The notes under the pieces are model-generated. The model saw only the letters and a program-made list of their open reading frames with translations, made no database searches and had not been told where the DNA came from. Position numbers and translations under genes: made by a program. This document shows positions 26,689 to 36,073 of a DNA stretch of 64,000 nt, piece after piece. The stretch spans positions 26,860 through 90,859 of the forward strand of contig JBEKEA010000002.1 in the NCBI GenBank assembly GCA_050014075.1, read 5' to 3'. How positions within the stretch are numbered: the stretch's first letter is position 1; each line of letters starts with the position of its first letter. Origin of the DNA: Sedimentisphaerales bacterium. GTDB lineage: Bacteria > Planctomycetota > Phycisphaerae > Sedimentisphaerales > UBA12454.

Positions 26689-27648
26689 TTATGTTTTAAA
26701 ACAGGCCGCGAAATGTCCGGTTGTCTTTTCTTCCAGCGGCGGTATTTCTCTGCAGCAAAATCCGTCTGCTATGGGGCATCTGCCCGAAAATGGGCAGCCC
26801 GCAGGCGCTTCCTGGCTGATTTCGGAGACAAATGCCGAAGATTTTTTCCTTTCCGGCACAGGCAGGGGAATAGCCGATAGCAGAAGCTTTGTATAAGGAT
26901 GCAGCGGTTTTTCATAAAGCACAGGTGCAGGAGCGATTTCAACAATTTTGCCAAGATACATTACCGCCACAATATCGCTGATAAATTCGACCACCGACAA
27001 ATCGTGAGCGATAAAAAGATATGTCAGCCTGAACTGCTCCTGAAGGTCCTTAAGCAGATTTAAAATCTGCGACTGAATTGAAACATCCAGTGCGCTTACC
27101 GGCTCATCGCAGATAACCAGTTTTGGCTCAACCGCAAGTGCTCTTGCGATGCCGATTCGCTGCCGCTGCCCGCCGGAAAATTCGTGCGGATAGCGATTGA
27201 TATGTGCCGCAGACAGCCCGACTTTCTGGAGCAGATTCGCTATTCGGTCTATCATCTCCGAACCTTTAGCGATTTTATGAATGCGCAGAGGCTCTGCGAT
27301 AATCGAACCCACCGTCATTCTCGGATTTAGCGAGCTGTATGGGTCCTGGAAAACTATTGATATATCTTTTCGTATCCTTCTCAGTTCCGACTGATGAAGA
27401 GGCAAAATGTTTTCGCCGTTGAAAGATACCTTTCCGCCTGTCGCGTGAATAAGCCGTGCAATCGTTCTGGCCGCAGTGGTTTTGCCTGAGCCGCTTTCGC
27501 CCACAAGTCCGAACGTGCTTCCACGCGGTATCTGAAAACTTATATCGTCAACGGCTTTGACGTGGCCGACAGTTTTTCTAAGCAGTCCCTTTTTGATGGG
27601 AAACCACGTCTTAAGATTTTCAACTTTTAGTAATATATTTGTGTTCAT
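26689..27648 (-). CDS. peptide ABC transporter ATP-binding protein (OppF/DppF-like)
   Basis: Walker A GESGSGKT, signature FSGGQRQR, Walker B LVICDEPVSALD, and the C-terminal oligopeptide-type Cys motif. Confidence 0.9.
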   Translation of the reverse strand: MNTNILLKVENLKTWFPIKKGLLRKTVGHVKAVDDISFQIPRGSTFGLVGESGSGKTTAARTIARLIHATGGKVSFNGENILPLHQSELRRIRKDISIVFQDPYSSLNPRMTVGSIIAEPLRIHKIAKGSEMIDRIANLLQKVGLSAAHINRYPHEFSGGQRQRIGIARALAVEPKLVICDEPVSALDVSIQSQILNLLKDLQEQFRLTYLFIAHDLSVVEFISDIVAVMYLGKIVEIAPAPVLYEKPLHPYTKLLLSAIPLPVPERKKSSAFVSEISQEAPAGCPFSGRCPIADGFCCREIPPLEEKTTGHFAACFKT

Positions 27649-27654
27649 TCGTGT

Positions 27655-28686
27655 TTACCTGTCCTGAGCCTTGCCGAATGGATTCGTGGTTAATTTTGTT
27701 TCGTATCCCGGCGCGTACCAGCACGCAGCGAAATGGTCTTTTGAAACTTCTCTTAATTCCGGTTCCACCGTTTGGCATTTCTTATCGTTGCATCCGATAG
27801 GGCAGCGGGTATGAAATTTGCAGCCGCTGGGGAAATTCAGCGGTTCTGGAACGTTTCCTGCGATGGTATTAAGTCTTTTTTGTCTTGCCCCGAGCTGCGG
27901 CAGCGAATGCAAAAGTCCCTGCGTATAAGGATGCAGCGGATTTTTAAATAATTCTTTGCACGAGCATTTCTCCGCGATTTTCGAAGCATACATTACCGCG
28001 ACATCATCGGCACGCTGGGCCACGACTCCGAGGTCGTGCGTAATCAGGAGGATACTCATATTTTCACTTTGCTGCAGTTCGTCGAGTAAATCGAGAATCT
28101 GTGCCTGTATGGTAACATCGAGCGCGGTCGTCGGCTCATCTGCAATCAGCAGCGAAGGCTTGCACGATATCGCCATCGCAATCATAACTCGCTGCCTCAT
28201 TCCGCCGGAAAGCAGGTGCGGATATTCTTCCATCCTCCGTGCCGGGTTGGGAATACGAACCTTATCAAGCATTTCCTGGGCCATTGACCACGCCTGGTCG
28301 TAAGTTTTTTTCTGATGCAGCGTAATCGCTTCGACAATCTGGTCGCCGATGGTATAAACAGGGTTTAAACTCGTCATCGGCTCCTGAAAAATCATCGCGA
28401 TTTTATTGCCGCGTATTTGCCGCATTTGTTTTTCAGAAAATTCAAGAATGTTTCTCTCTCTATAAAGGATTTTTCCAGATTCTATCCTGCCCGGCGGAGA
28501 CGGTATCAGCCGCATAATCGAAAGGGCGGTTACGCTTTTGCCGCATCCGCTTTCGCCGACAAGAGCAAGAGTTTTTCCCTTTTCAATTTCAAAGGACACA
28601 TCCTGCACAGCCTTTGCGACGCCAAGTTCGGTATCGAAAAAGGTCGAAAGGTTTTGAACCGATAAAATTATTCCGTTTTCTGTCAT
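27655..28686 (-). CDS. peptide ABC transporter ATP-binding protein (OppD/DppD-like)
   Basis: Walker A GESGCGKS, signature LSGGMRQR, Walker B LLIADEPTTALD. Confidence 0.9.
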   Translation of the reverse strand: MTENGIILSVQNLSTFFDTELGVAKAVQDVSFEIEKGKTLALVGESGCGKSVTALSIMRLIPSPPGRIESGKILYRERNILEFSEKQMRQIRGNKIAMIFQEPMTSLNPVYTIGDQIVEAITLHQKKTYDQAWSMAQEMLDKVRIPNPARRMEEYPHLLSGGMRQRVMIAMAISCKPSLLIADEPTTALDVTIQAQILDLLDELQQSENMSILLITHDLGVVAQRADDVAVMYASKIAEKCSCKELFKNPLHPYTQGLLHSLPQLGARQKRLNTIAGNVPEPLNFPSGCKFHTRCPIGCNDKKCQTVEPELREVSKDHFAACWYAPGYETKLTTNPFGKAQDR

Positions 28687-29879
28687 ACTGCCTTTCTCAG
28701 TTTCGGGTCGATTGCGTCCCGCAGACCTTCGCCAAGAAGGTTATACGCAGTTACCGTAAAAAATATCGCAAGACCGGGAAAGAAAGTCAGCCACCACAAA
28801 AATTCACCCGTCGTGCTAACGCCTGTACTTAGCATCTGTCCCCAGCTCGGCGTCGGCGGAGCAACGCCAAAGCCCAGAAAGCTCAGCGCCGATTCGATAA
28901 ATATCGCTCCAGCCACTCCGAATGTTATACTGACAAGAACCGGCGCGATTCCGTTTGGCAGCATATGGCGAAACAAAATGCTTCGCAGCGGCAGACCCAG
29001 CGAAATTGCCGCCTGCACGAAATCCTGGTTTCGCAGTTTGAAAAATTCCGCGCGTATGAATCTTGCGTCGTCCGTCCAGCTTGTTATGCCGATGATTATC
29101 ATTATATTCAGCAGACTTCGCGGAAAAAACGCGACGATAGTGATAATCAGAAAGAACGTCGGCACCGACATCATAATTTCCAGCAGTCTCATCCCGATAA
29201 AATCAATTTTTCCGCCGAAGTAACCCATTATCGCGCCGAAAACGATTCCGATAACGCTTGAAATGCCCACTGCCACAAATCCGACGGACAATGAAATGCG
29301 TGTGCCGTGAATGAGTCTGCACAAAACGTCCGAACCGACGTCATCTGTGCCGAGCCAGTGTTCATTGCTCGGCGGTTTCTGGCTGACCTTTATATCTGTT
29401 CGCCCGTATCCGTAGGGGACCAGCGGAAAAATCGCGTTGCTCGCTTTGCCGCTCGCTATCATTGCCCTGTAATCGGTGGCGTCGAGTTTGCGAGGAAAGA
29501 AAATTTGCAGGAGTATAATGCCGACAAGCAATATTCCTGTGCAGATTAACACCTGCTTCCATAATACTCCCGACCTCAGGAATGGGTCAATCTTTCGGCT
29601 GTTGCGCCTGATTAATGAAACCAGAGTGATACCGGTTATCGCGGCAAGAAATACCGAATAGTCATTTGCCGTAAGGGTATCGAAAAGCGGAAAATGCACT
29701 TTGCCGTTAATATTAATTATCAAAGGCTTGTCATTTGCGATAAACGGCGCAAGAACCGCAATAGTGAAAAGTATTATTATAAACCAGAGACATACCAGGT
29801 TCGTCCGGTTCTTTGAAAACTGCTGCCAGACAAGCTGACCGTAAGATGTTCCCCAGTTTTTTTTATCCGCTTCGTTCAT
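28683..29879 (-). CDS. peptide ABC transporter permease (OppC/DppC-like)
   Basis: 398 aa with the binding-protein-dependent transport EAA-type region (AAISLGLPLRSILFRHMLPN). Confidence 0.85.
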   Translation of the reverse strand: MNEADKKNWGTSYGQLVWQQFSKNRTNLVCLWFIIILFTIAVLAPFIANDKPLIININGKVHFPLFDTLTANDYSVFLAAITGITLVSLIRRNSRKIDPFLRSGVLWKQVLICTGILLVGIILLQIFFPRKLDATDYRAMIASGKASNAIFPLVPYGYGRTDIKVSQKPPSNEHWLGTDDVGSDVLCRLIHGTRISLSVGFVAVGISSVIGIVFGAIMGYFGGKIDFIGMRLLEIMMSVPTFFLIITIVAFFPRSLLNIMIIIGITSWTDDARFIRAEFFKLRNQDFVQAAISLGLPLRSILFRHMLPNGIAPVLVSITFGVAGAIFIESALSFLGFGVAPPTPSWGQMLSTGVSTTGEFLWWLTFFPGLAIFFTVTAYNLLGEGLRDAIDPKLRKAV

Positions 29880-30874
29880 TCCATACTCTCAAAACTTATT
29901 CTCGGGTCTGCGATTGCATAAGCGATATCGGCAAGCAGCAAGCCGACAATGTCGAGAAATCCTGCCGTTGTCGCGACCGCCATCACTACGTTGTAATCGC
30001 GAGTTGTAATTGCCTCGAATGCCAGTCTGCCCATGCCCGGTATGCTGAAAATACTTTCGATAATGACTGAGCCGCCAATCATTGCCGGCAGCAGAGACGC
30101 CATAATTGTAATTATAGGTATAACGCTATTTCGAAAGGCGTGCCTGAATGTTACCGTCCAGTTATCCAGTCCTTTTGCTCTTGCTGTGCGGATATAATCG
30201 CTGCGAAGATTATCGAGCATTCCCGCCCGCACCTGTTTTGTCAAATATGCAAAGCCCGAATAGCTCAGGCATATCACCGGCAGAACAAGATGCCACAGCC
30301 TGTCGCCCAGCCACGGAAAGAACGGCAAAGAGTCTGCGAAATTGCTGCTTAACCCCGCAGGCGGAAACCAGTTTTTGAATGTCGGTCCGCAAAAATAACC
30401 AATCATCATCTGTCCGACCCACATACTCGGCAGCGACCACAGCATAAATAAAATTATCGAGCTTACCTTGTCGGAGAATTTGCCCTGTCTTACCGCCGTA
30501 AATATTCCTAACGGGATTGAGATAAGATAAATAATCACGATTGAAATAAGGTTTAAGGTAATTGTAACCGGCAGCCGCTCCTTAATGAGGTCAATCACAG
30601 GCCGGTGATGTTTGATTGAATCGCCAAAATCCAGTTTGACGACGCGTTTCAGCCATATTGCGTATTGGACAGGTATAGGCTTATCAAGGCCGTATAACGC
30701 CATTCGCACCTTACGCACATCTGCCGCACGCTGAGCGTCCATCTGGCCGCCCGGCCCCATCGACAGGCTCACAGGGTCGCCCGGCGCAGCTCGGCTTATC
30801 GCAAAAACCATTATGGTTATGCCCAGTATCGTCGGAATCATTAACAATATTCTGCGTATTATATAAGTCGTCAT
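29876..30874 (-). CDS. peptide ABC transporter permease (OppB/DppB-like)
   Basis: N-terminus MTTYIIRRILLMIPTILGITIMVFAI. The ATG at 30874 is preferred over 30889 because the extension would read through the heptad repeat. Contains YIRTARAKGL. Confidence 0.85.
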   Translation of the reverse strand: MTTYIIRRILLMIPTILGITIMVFAISRAAPGDPVSLSMGPGGQMDAQRAADVRKVRMALYGLDKPIPVQYAIWLKRVVKLDFGDSIKHHRPVIDLIKERLPVTITLNLISIVIIYLISIPLGIFTAVRQGKFSDKVSSIILFMLWSLPSMWVGQMMIGYFCGPTFKNWFPPAGLSSNFADSLPFFPWLGDRLWHLVLPVICLSYSGFAYLTKQVRAGMLDNLRSDYIRTARAKGLDNWTVTFRHAFRNSVIPIITIMASLLPAMIGGSVIIESIFSIPGMGRLAFEAITTRDYNVVMAVATTAGFLDIVGLLLADIAYAIADPRISFESME

Positions 30875-30875
30875 A

Positions 30876-30908
30876 CTATTAACTATCAACCAGCAACTAT
30901 CAACTAAC
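30876..30908. repeat. heptad tandem element filling the oppA1-oppB intercistronic spacer
   Basis: Reads ctattaac tatcaac cagcaac tatcaac taac. It occupies essentially all 35 nt between the stop at 30910 and the start at 30874. No SD is visible. Confidence 0.85.
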
Positions 30909-30909
30909 T

Positions 30910-32649
30910 TTATTTATATCGCTGCTTTTCCTTCGGAACATACCACTCGAACGGGTCGATGCCGAGCTTATGAACTATTACGTTTTCAAATCGCCTGTCC
31001 ACAAAATAATATCGCGGCCTTGTAAACAAAAAAGTATAAGGCTGCTCATCATACAGTAATTTTTGAAACTTATAATATATAGCATCTCTTTTTTCTTCAT
31101 TAAGTTCCCGCCGCCCTTCTTCTATGAGTTTATCCGCCTGTGGGTTATTAAAAGACACATAATCGCTGCCGCTCTGAATTTGCGACGAATGGAATAACTG
31201 ATATGGGTCCTCTTCGACAACTCCGCCCCATTGTGACTCGGCAGCGTCGAAGTCGCGGTTATGAAGATTTCCTAAATATATTGACCATTCAACCGGATTG
31301 GGGATGACATCTATCCCAACTTTCGCGGCGTCATCTTTGAGCAATTTTGCTATTTGTTCCGATGATGCGCCTCCCGCAGGATACGAATATTTGAATCGCA
31401 GCGGGATTCCATCTTTGTCGCGAATACCGTCGCCGTCGTGGTCTATCCAGCCTGCCTCGTCCAGCAGTTTAGCTGCTAACTGAGGGTCATACGGCCAGGG
31501 CTTGATATTCGAGTCATTTGCTTTGCCGTAAATATAAAACGGCCCTGTAATTACCATTCCTTTACCGCGAGTAAGGATTTCCACCATTGCCTTGCGGTCT
31601 GTTAAGCAGGTCATTGTCTGCCGGACTTTTTTGTCTTTGAAAAATGGTCTCTGTTCGTTCCACCCGATATACCAGTAGGCAAATGTCGGGTCCCAGAATA
31701 TTATTGCTCTAAATTCCTTTGCAAAATCCGGTTCTTTTGGCAGGGTCGTAACCTGTTCAGAGCCGGGTTCAAACATATCAATGTCATGAGAACGCAACGC
31801 CTGAACGGCGGCAGGGGCGTTTGCGATAAACTTATAAACAATTTTTTTCAGATTCGGTTTTTTGTCCCAGTAATTTTCATTCCGCTTCAATACTACCTGC
31901 TGGCCGACATCCCATTTTTCAAATACATACGGCCCGCTGCCTACAGGATTTGAAACCCGCTTATTGAATTCCTCAGGATTTTTAAACTGATATATATGTT
32001 TTGGAAAAATATCGAGCTCACCAACGGATTCTATCGTCTTCCAATACCGCTCTTTTAGAATGAATTTAATCGTCCGGTCATCAAGTTTGACCGCATTGGT
32101 TATGTTTTGAAGGTAATTGCGAAGGCTGGCACAGTCGGTTTTAGGATTCATAATCGTCTGGAAAGAAAAGACCACATCGTCTGCCGTTACAGGTACGCCG
32201 TCCGAAAAATGAATGTTGTCTTTTAATGTGATGGTTATCTCCAGCCCATTATCTGAAATATCCATCTTTGCCGCAAGCTTTGGCTTGAGTTTTATGCTGT
32301 TTGCATCGAGGTCCTGTATAAAAAGGCTTTCGATGATTGTTGACTCGACAACATTTCTTGTGCTGATATCGGCATCAACCACCACCGGGTTCAAGGTTCG
32401 CGGCTCACCGGTAATGTCCCAGATAAGCCAGTCGCCCTCGTCGCCGGGATATTTATTTGCAGACTGGGCGGTTAAATTTGACTCCTGCTTATTCATTGTT
32501 GTCTGCCGCTGACCCGATACCGCGTCCAGGATGACATTAAGTCTTTCATACAGCCTGTCCGATTGAATCATCGACAAAACCTGCAGCAGTATTACCGCAC
32601 CGAGCAGTAAAACCAGAAAAAACGTAAATAATCCTGACCGGCCGTTCAT
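30910..32649 (-). CDS. family-5 ABC substrate-binding protein (OppA/DppA-like), membrane-anchored, paralog 1
   Basis: The ATG at 32649 (MNGRSGLFTFFLVLLL) is preferred: TGGAG lies upstream and it parallels paralog 2. SBP_bac_5-like body. Confidence 0.85.
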   Translation of the reverse strand: MNGRSGLFTFFLVLLLGAVILLQVLSMIQSDRLYERLNVILDAVSGQRQTTMNKQESNLTAQSANKYPGDEGDWLIWDITGEPRTLNPVVVDADISTRNVVESTIIESLFIQDLDANSIKLKPKLAAKMDISDNGLEITITLKDNIHFSDGVPVTADDVVFSFQTIMNPKTDCASLRNYLQNITNAVKLDDRTIKFILKERYWKTIESVGELDIFPKHIYQFKNPEEFNKRVSNPVGSGPYVFEKWDVGQQVVLKRNENYWDKKPNLKKIVYKFIANAPAAVQALRSHDIDMFEPGSEQVTTLPKEPDFAKEFRAIIFWDPTFAYWYIGWNEQRPFFKDKKVRQTMTCLTDRKAMVEILTRGKGMVITGPFYIYGKANDSNIKPWPYDPQLAAKLLDEAGWIDHDGDGIRDKDGIPLRFKYSYPAGGASSEQIAKLLKDDAAKVGIDVIPNPVEWSIYLGNLHNRDFDAAESQWGGVVEEDPYQLFHSSQIQSGSDYVSFNNPQADKLIEEGRRELNEEKRDAIYYKFQKLLYDEQPYTFLFTRPRYYFVDRRFENVIVHKLGIDPFEWYVPKEKQRYK

Positions 32650-32663
32650 ATAAAGCTCCAAAT

Positions 32664-32702
32664 CTATTGACTATTAACTATCAACTACCAACTATCAACT
32701 AC
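32664..32702. repeat. heptad tandem element between the two SBP paralogs
   Basis: Reads tattgac tattaac tatcaac taccaac tatcaac tac. It overlaps the stop codon of the upstream SBP gene. Confidence 0.85.
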
Positions 32703-34441
32703 TTATACTTCTGTTTATCTTTCGGCACAAACCATTCTTCTTCTTTAAGACCGAGTTTATGAACAATTACATTTTCAAATCGTGGTGAAATTATACGGTA
32801 TGTCGGCCTTGAAAACAAAAAAGTATATGGCTGTTCATAGTGTACAATACTATGAAATTTTCGGTTCAATTCTATACGTTTTTCCTCATCCATTGTGCAT
32901 CTTATCTGCTCAAGAAGTTTGTCGGCCTCAGCGTTTCTAAAGCACACATAATTCGACCCGTGATTATCTATTTGAGATGAGTGGAAAATCTGATAGTACT
33001 CTTCCATAATATCTCCGCCCCAGCCCATCACTATCGCGTCAAATTTATGGTCCGGCAGCTTTGTTACTAGGACCGACCATTCGACAGGGTCGGGTATTAT
33101 TTCAATTCCAAGTTTAGCGGCTGAATCTTTAACAATATTTACTAAATTCTGATATAAAGCATAATCCGCTGAATAGGAAAACTTGAATCGAAAAGGAATT
33201 CCGTTTTTATCGCGGATTCCATCGCCGTCGGTATCTTTCCAGCCGGCCTCGTCGAGAAGTTCGGCGGCTTTTTTAGGGTCATACGGCCAGGGCCGGATAT
33301 TGGGGTCGTTTTCTTTACTGAATATGTAATATGGTCCGGTTATTTCATGCCCGCTGCCTTTAAGAAGATATTCGAGAAGAGCCTTTCTGTTTATCATCTC
33401 TGTCATAGCAAGTCTTACCCGCCTGTCGCCGAAGAAGGGCGTATTTTCGTTCCACCCGATATAGAAAAATGGCGAACCCGGATTCCAGTATACAAGACAT
33501 TTAAAATCATTTTTAAATTTTTCATCTTTAATTGCGTCCATAAACTGGTCCGGCGAAGGAATCATCATGTCCACATCGCCGCTGCGCAGCGCCTGCAGTC
33601 TGGCCTTGTCGTTGATTATAAATTTATACATTACTTTTTTTATCTTTGGCTTGATGCCCCAGTAATTTTCGTTTCTGCGGAACGTTGCTTTATCTCCCGT
33701 GTCCCATTTTTCAAAAATATACGGTCCGCTGCCGATTGGATTTGATACCCGTTTATTAAATTCCTCCGGGTCTTTAAATTCGTAGATATGTTTCGGATAT
33801 ATGCCGATGTCCCAAAATGATAAAATTTCAAGCGCCTTGAAATATGGTATTTTCATATAAAATTTGACTGTCTTTTCGTCGACCTTTTCGACGCCTTTTA
33901 CATCAATATACGATTGTGCAAAATCAGCGGCATCTATTTTCGGATTTATGACGGTCTGGTAAGTGAAAATAACATCGTCAGCCGTAATTGGCACACCGTC
34001 TGAGAAGTGAATATCGTCTCTTAATGTAAAAGTAATTTCCATTCCGTCCGGCGATACTTCATAGCTTTTGGCCAGCAGCGGTTTCAGCTTGATTTCATTG
34101 TAATCGTAGGCCAAAAGAGGCTCAAAAACATTTTCAAACATCATCCATCTGGCATATATATCTGAGTTAACCGAAATCAGGTTAAGCGTTTTCGGCTCGA
34201 TAGCCAATGCCCACACGAGCCAGTCGCCCTCATCGCCTGCGGTTGCCGCAGCCTGATTTTCGGCTTGTTTTGCTGGTATTTGATTTTGCACTGGTGCGCT
34301 GAATATGATTTTTTCGAGTGAATTTAATCTTTGGCTGAATCTGCTAAACTGGTTTTGGGTTAATAACTGCAATAATATTATGATGATTAGAAGGAAGAGG
34401 AAAAAAAATGCCTTTGCGCCAGTACCCGGCAGTCCGTTCAT
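32699..34441 (-). CDS. family-5 ABC substrate-binding protein (OppA/DppA-like), membrane-anchored, paralog 2
   Basis: 580 aa with GGAGG 8 nt upstream of the ATG and an N-terminal TM anchor. It is colinear with paralog 1 (for example IHFSDGVP(V/I)TADDV(V/I)F, FNKRVSNP(V/I)GSGPY(V/I)FEKWD). Confidence 0.85.
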   Translation of the reverse strand: MNGLPGTGAKAFFFLFLLIIIILLQLLTQNQFSRFSQRLNSLEKIIFSAPVQNQIPAKQAENQAAATAGDEGDWLVWALAIEPKTLNLISVNSDIYARWMMFENVFEPLLAYDYNEIKLKPLLAKSYEVSPDGMEITFTLRDDIHFSDGVPITADDVIFTYQTVINPKIDAADFAQSYIDVKGVEKVDEKTVKFYMKIPYFKALEILSFWDIGIYPKHIYEFKDPEEFNKRVSNPIGSGPYIFEKWDTGDKATFRRNENYWGIKPKIKKVMYKFIINDKARLQALRSGDVDMMIPSPDQFMDAIKDEKFKNDFKCLVYWNPGSPFFYIGWNENTPFFGDRRVRLAMTEMINRKALLEYLLKGSGHEITGPYYIFSKENDPNIRPWPYDPKKAAELLDEAGWKDTDGDGIRDKNGIPFRFKFSYSADYALYQNLVNIVKDSAAKLGIEIIPDPVEWSVLVTKLPDHKFDAIVMGWGGDIMEEYYQIFHSSQIDNHGSNYVCFRNAEADKLLEQIRCTMDEEKRIELNRKFHSIVHYEQPYTFLFSRPTYRIISPRFENVIVHKLGLKEEEWFVPKDKQKYK

Positions 34442-34689
34442 CAGCTCAAACCTCCATTGTTTCTGTTATTTTCGACGACCCGGAAATTCTATCAAAAAAA
34501 CATCCTATGTGCCAATCTTTTCCATTCAGTGAGGTTGCATCTGAAAGCACAACTTCCAATCGATGATATTAAAATTTTTTGAACGAAAAATAATCCGCAG
34601 GACGCCACAGGCGGGACTTAGGAATGAAAAATTGGGAAATTTGAAAATTTTTTCGTTTATTTTTGACGCAACCATCTTAAAAAATAAGG

Positions 34690-34985
34690 AGTTAGGTCGA
34701 AAAACCCTTCGACTGCGCTCAGGGCAGGCGACGTAAAAAATGACGTAAGTCCTTTGTTTTCGAGGGGGTTTTTTATGTAAGTGTTTGCAGGGACAAGTTT
34801 TAGTGGCGTAATCCGCTAAGGGATGCCTCACGGCAGCCATCTCGACGATATAGATTTTGATTTTTTTGCCCTGTTTTGGAATGATTTACCCCTGTTTTTT
34901 GATGATTTTGGTGTTTTTTTAAATACAGTTATCGGTTATCAGATCATCAAGTTATTGGGAAACGGTTATCGGTTATCAGCACGAA
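34690..34985. repeat. mosaic repeat block B ending in a heptad element
   Basis: Shares TTCGACTGCGCTCAGGGCAGG, GTAAGTCCTTTG, GGGACAAGTTTTAGT, GATTTTGATTTTTTTGCCCTGTTTT and TTTTGGTGTTTTTTTAAAT with blocks A and C. Region 34927-34985 holds GTTATCN heptads, followed by GCGGGGGGATTTTTTATGG, which is also at 55029-55046. Confidence 0.75.
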
Positions 34986-35186
34986 CAACTCAGGCGGGGG
35001 GATTTTTTATGGTGGAGTTTGGGAAGAAAAAGTGTATAATTAAATATTGTTTAGTTTAATTTATCGGAGTGAAGGAAGAGAAAACATGCGGCATAAGTCT
35101 GTTGGCATTTTGTGCCGCCACAAGTTATCTTAATTTCCTTTTTCGCTGCTGTTAGTTTAGACCAAATTTTTTGGAAGAAGAAGAAA

Positions 35187-36050
35187 ATGAAAAAAAAACT
35201 TCGGGCAGCATTACTCATTATCGTTTTGCTGATGAGTATTCTTGCACAAGCTGATGATATCTATATATCGAGTTTTAATGGTCCCTATAACGGGGCAATT
35301 TATAAATACGATTCCAGTGGAAACAAGACTATATTTGCCTCGGGCTTAATGAATCCCTGGGGTCTTGCAGCTGACAAAAGCGACAATATTTATACAACTA
35401 AAATTGATGGACACATTTATAAATATGATATAAACGGAAATATGTCCACCTATGCAACAGGTATATTGAGTTGTTCGAGTTTAACGTTTGATAAAAATGA
35501 CAATCTCTACATTACCTGCGATATAAACGGGGAGGGACTAGTTTACAAAATTGATTCCAGCGGAAAAGGAAATGCTTTCGTCACAGGATTGGGCCATCAC
35601 CCCCAAGGCCTTGCATTTGACAATAACAATAATCTCTATGTGGCTGTTGTAGTAAACGGAATAGGGACAATCGAGAAATTCGATTCCAATGGAAACAGGA
35701 CTACTTTTGCATCCGGTCTTACAAATCCTCGCGGCCTGATGTTTGACAGTACGACTTCTTCTCTTTACGCTGCTGAGCAGAACAATATCGCGATATACGA
35801 TTTAATTGGAAATACAAGCAGTTCAATAACAGTAGACGGAGGGTGGCCATGGGGTATGGCATTTGACAGCAGCAGAAATTTATTCGTAGCCGATCACGAG
35901 ATGGGAAATATTTACAAAATAGACCCGAGCGGAAACAGAACCATTTTTGATTCAGGATTGGAAGGTCCTTATTCTATCGTGATAATTCCCGAACCGGCGA
36001 CGCTTTTGCTGATTGGATTAGGAGCGGTAGCGATGAGAAAAAAAAGATAA
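35187..36050 (+). CDS. PEP-CTERM-anchored beta-propeller (NHL/SMP-30-like repeat) protein
   Basis: The ATG at 35187 (MKKKLRAALLIIVLLMS signal) is preferred over 35112. Repeated GLxxPxGLAFD units. C-terminus IPEPATLLLIGLGAVAMRKKR. Confidence 0.8.
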   Translation: MKKKLRAALLIIVLLMSILAQADDIYISSFNGPYNGAIYKYDSSGNKTIFASGLMNPWGLAADKSDNIYTTKIDGHIYKYDINGNMSTYATGILSCSSLTFDKNDNLYITCDINGEGLVYKIDSSGKGNAFVTGLGHHPQGLAFDNNNNLYVAVVVNGIGTIEKFDSNGNRTTFASGLTNPRGLMFDSTTSSLYAAEQNNIAIYDLIGNTSSSITVDGGWPWGMAFDSSRNLFVADHEMGNIYKIDPSGNRTIFDSGLEGPYSIVIIPEPATLLLIGLGAVAMRKKR

Positions 36051-36073
36051 TAAATTTTGGGAGAAGAAGCGAT

